From Takakia lepidozioides (Eukaryota > Plantae > Bryophyta), in the NCBI GenBank assembly GCA_030704615.1, contig CM060731.1:17360001-17424000 (forward strand): a stretch of 64,000 nt of DNA, read 5' to 3'. Each line of letters begins with the position of its first letter. The stretch's first letter is position 1. Below are positions 60,533-64,000 of this stretch, one piece after another. A program made the translations under genes and the position numbers. Under the pieces are notes generated by a model. That model worked only from the letters and a program-made list of their open reading frames with translations, was not told where the DNA came from and did no database searches.

Positions 60533-60843
60533 CTCTTCCTCGCTCCTTGCTCCGTTTCCAGAGGGACGAAACGTTCCGTACTGCCCAGTGATGTCTAGAT
60601 CCTTCCCTCGTCCAGGCTCACCTCTTGGAAGGAAAAAAAAAAAAAGGTATGACGCGCCTCCCGAAGGGAACGTAACTTATGGTGTCACCTCACCACAAGA
60701 GCTACTGCCTTCCAGCTGAAAGGTGGACACCTTCATGACACACCAGACCCTGATTTGAAGCCACAACCACATCCAACGTGGTATGTGCCCATTACCACTG
60801 GGCTACATGCTGGTTGTCTCTTGGAAGAAGAAATGGAAAAAAC

Positions 60844-61063
60844 AACTAGGGCTTCGAGTTGCTCCGCACTACTAGCACGAATTATGAGAACTACGTTGAA
60901 TTTTTCACAAAAAAGGGGTGGGTCACCCCATTGTGTTACATGCAGAGATCCCGTGTTTTGTTTTATTTTGGAAGAAAAATGGCGGATCTGCATTTCAATG
61001 TTCAATTTTCACAAGCCGCATCAATCAATATCAACATACCCAAATACCCTTACATTCACTATA
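60844..61063. repeat. Repeat module B, isolated copy
   Basis: Matches about 1470-1692 and 45606-45830, starting at aactagggcttcg. Confidence 0.85.
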
Positions 61064-61119
61064 TGATGTTCGGCAGCAACGGTTGCAGCCTGAGTGCCAA
61101 GGCGTTTGCAATGATTTTA

Positions 61120-63668
61120 TAGGAAAAATCAAACAGGCTTCCTCCAGGATCGCATGATTCTTGATAACATCCTTCTAGCCCATGAGAGCCTCCACAGGGC
61201 TGAGGTGAATAATCAGCCTTTGGCGTTCCTTATGCTGGATTTTGAGAAGGCTTTTGACTCCATTGACTGGCCTTTTCTCCTGAAGATTTTGGAAAAAACA
61301 GGGCTTGGGGGTCCTTTCTTGGCATGAGTTCGGATACTGCTTCATTCGGCCTCCAGCAAGGTAATGGTTAATGGGGTAATCTACACATCCTTCCCAATAT
61401 CCAGATCAGTTCGTCAAGGTTGTCCACTCGCCCCGTTCTTTTTCTTGATTGCGGCGGATTCACTGGGTCATCTTCTGGACTCTAGACACGACATCATTGG
61501 TCTTCAATTGCCCACCTACAGGCCCGAAATGCTGAAATTATCTATGTATGCAGATGACATGGTGCTCCTGCTAGACAATACAAGGAAAAACAACATAGAC
61601 AGAATGCTACATGCCCTCCATACTTTTTGCATTGGATCAGGCCTGAAGTGAACTGGGGAAAGTCCATGGGAATCCTCTCCCTCCTGCAAGATGGGGCTCC
61701 CACAACACATTGTCAATCATGGGGCCAAGACCTTGATTTAAGGTGGCTGCAACTGGGGGAGTCACACACCTTGCTGGGTCACTAGATGGGCATACATCTT
61801 ATGCAGCACAACCGAATGAAAGAGGTGTTTTCCAGACTTAAGAGAAGCCTGGCTTTTTGGAGCTCGGCAATGCTTTCTATAGTGGGCAGAGCACTAGTAG
61901 CCAATCAAGTTTTGGAAGGCTCACTATGGTTTTTTGCTGCAGTATGGGACCTGGAGGCTGCCCTTCATAAGGAGATAAGAGCCCTCATTAGAAATTTCAT
62001 CTGGGGAGCCACCCCCACTACGCCATCGAGACGGGCACTAGTCTCATGGGACCAACTGTGCCAAAAGAAAAATCGGGGAGGCTTGGGAATTTTGGACATT
62101 GCAGCTCAGATCAAAGCACTTCTGGCAAAGTGGATACCGAGGGCAATAAAACACAGAAGTACTCCTTGGAGCAAACTCATTCAGCCTTATTTGATGGGGT
62201 CTATCCCCGCATCTTCTCCCCTCTGGGCTCATTCTCTCAGGTGGATTGTCCAAGGTAGAAATGCAGGAATTAAGCTAGGTTCCAGACCATGGCAAACAAT
62301 TTGGAAAGCATGGCATGCCCTGAGGGGCAATCTCACCCAAAGAATGTCTGCCACTATACAATAATGTCTCCGCCAGCCACTGTTCATCAACTACAACATG
62401 GACTCTACCCCTCTGCTGAAGCAAACCCCGGCCTGGGCTTTTTTGGAAGGGAAAGGCTTCACCCACATCGCCTCCATTAGAGAGTAGGACCAGTTCTTGA
62501 CCGAGGAGCAAGTCTCTACATCCCTGGGTGGAAGAAGGTCTAGAGCTTGGAACACTGTCCTATCAAATATCCCACAATACATGATGCCCATCCTTGATGA
62601 ACCACAAACAGACTGGATAGTCCCCGCTTGGATGGCGAAACCAACAGTCAATCAATGGATGGTAATCCTCGTTCTCTCCACACATGGAAACATAGCAACA
62701 GGGATAGGCTTCATACCAGATGCCGAAGACAGTTTGGCTTTTCAAGGCATCACAGACCACAACAATGACGACCTCTGTCACATAAGAGTGTTGGACAGTA
62801 AAGGCAATGCCAACCCCTTGCCTCCCCCAGGAATGGAAGTGCAATGGGCCTTTCATGAATCATTTATCTGGTTCCTCTCCTGCCCTTTGGCTGACTTGCA
62901 ATTCGATCCAGGAGAGTGGCGGTGGATGGACGGGAAAAAAAACCCTTTTCTTTGGTTATTCTGTGAAGCTGGGTTCTCATCAACCCACCTCGCTCTTTTC
63001 AAAGAAAATGGACAGCCAAATGGGGCAGCCACAGTTTACCTCAAGGGTGCTGGGACACGGTCTGGAGAGACATTTGGAGAAAGGACCGTTTTGCAAAAGT
63101 ATCCGGCTTCCTATGGAAACTGGCACACAGAATACTCCCCATCGGGCTTGTTACCCATGAGAACCAGCCTGTCTGCCCCCTCTGCCTGCTTGAACCAGAG
63201 TCTATTGAACACTGTTTGCTTTCCTGCAATATCTCAAGTAGGATTTGGGGAGTAATTCTTGGCTTCTATTCTCATTGGGCCTCTTTGTCCAATCCACCCC
63301 CTCCTTCACTGCTGCTCCTCAATGTTCAGATCGCTCAATCTCAGATTAGCTGCCCGGTCTGGGCTTCTCTGAGAGCTCACACCTTATGGAATCTGTGGAA
63401 AACAAGGTGTGCCTCGGTTTATGAGGGCAAACTCCCCAGAGGCAGATCGATCTTGTTTCATACATATCATGATCTGTTAACTGAGGGGAGGAAAGCTTGG
63501 GACTCTGTGTGTGCAGCTATTCCCATAACTTCAGAGCAACGAGGACGCAAGCTGCTTCAAGATTTCATACACTCCTGGGGCAAAGGTGACCTGCTCGGCT
63601 CCAACCTTCCCGACATGCGCTTTACCTGGAAAGACGCCATCCCCACTCAATGGGAAGTCTCCTGGTGA
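61120..63668 (+). mobile_element. 5'-truncated L1/Tx1-type LINE ORF2 (RT plus zf-RVT), degenerate
   Basis: DNILLAHE, LDFEKAFDSIDW, VRQGCPLAP, YADD, GGLGI, CPLCLLEPESIEHCLLSC; multiple stops and frameshifts. Confidence 0.9.
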
Positions 63669-64000
63669 GGGAGATGAGGCAGAATTCAATTGGAGACATA
63701 AAAGAGCTAGGGACACTAAATCAAGAGCACAGCTCAGGTTTTGATACCTGGGGTTTTGGATCAGCTCGGACTCTCGTACCAACACTGGCAGTCGGCTGTA
63801 CTGATGATTTCTTGCTCCCTCGTTCTTACTACTCCTCAATCTCCTCACTTAGCAACCTTGGAAGCTCAGAACCTTCAAATCGCGAACATGTTATTGCAAA
63901 CGCTGCCTCTCCTGCACTTCCTCCGCTTTCTGCATAACTCCTCTTTACAACCACTATTTCGATCACCCTAAAATCCTTCTTATAATCTATACATCTCTCT

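Overview
Eukaryotic land-plant nuclear DNA. The dense PLS-class PPR/DYW remnants suggest a seed-free lineage (hornwort, lycophyte or fern); this is inference. About 80% of the window is nested transposons inside a decayed PPR-DYW cluster. A Ty3/Gypsy LTR element (3157-24606) splits a PPR gene. Three related Mutator-like (MULE) DNA transposons are present: M1 (3172-12683, in the left LTR, 9-bp TSD), M2 (from about 25798, right end missing) and M3 (28073-40089, inside M2's transposase, 9-bp TSD). Their transposase reads GCM/WRKY-like Zn finger, DDE core with CxxH, then SWIM. The main observation is that M1 and M3 each carry, head-to-head with the transposase, a spliced cargo gene encoding a ParB/Srx-like domain (VWDGNHR), a conserved middle region and a beta-class amino-DNA-methyltransferase-like domain with a non-canonical DIPD motif. 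All three elements hold regularly spaced arrays of element-specific palindromes in introns or non-coding DNA. This is a candidate transposon-encoded ParB-MTase plus parS-like array system; its function is inferred only. The right part holds a Copia remnant, a TTAA-flanked MITE containing a LINE tail, an apparently intact multi-exon TRM4/NSUN2 gene on the minus strand, and a 5'-truncated L1-type LINE.
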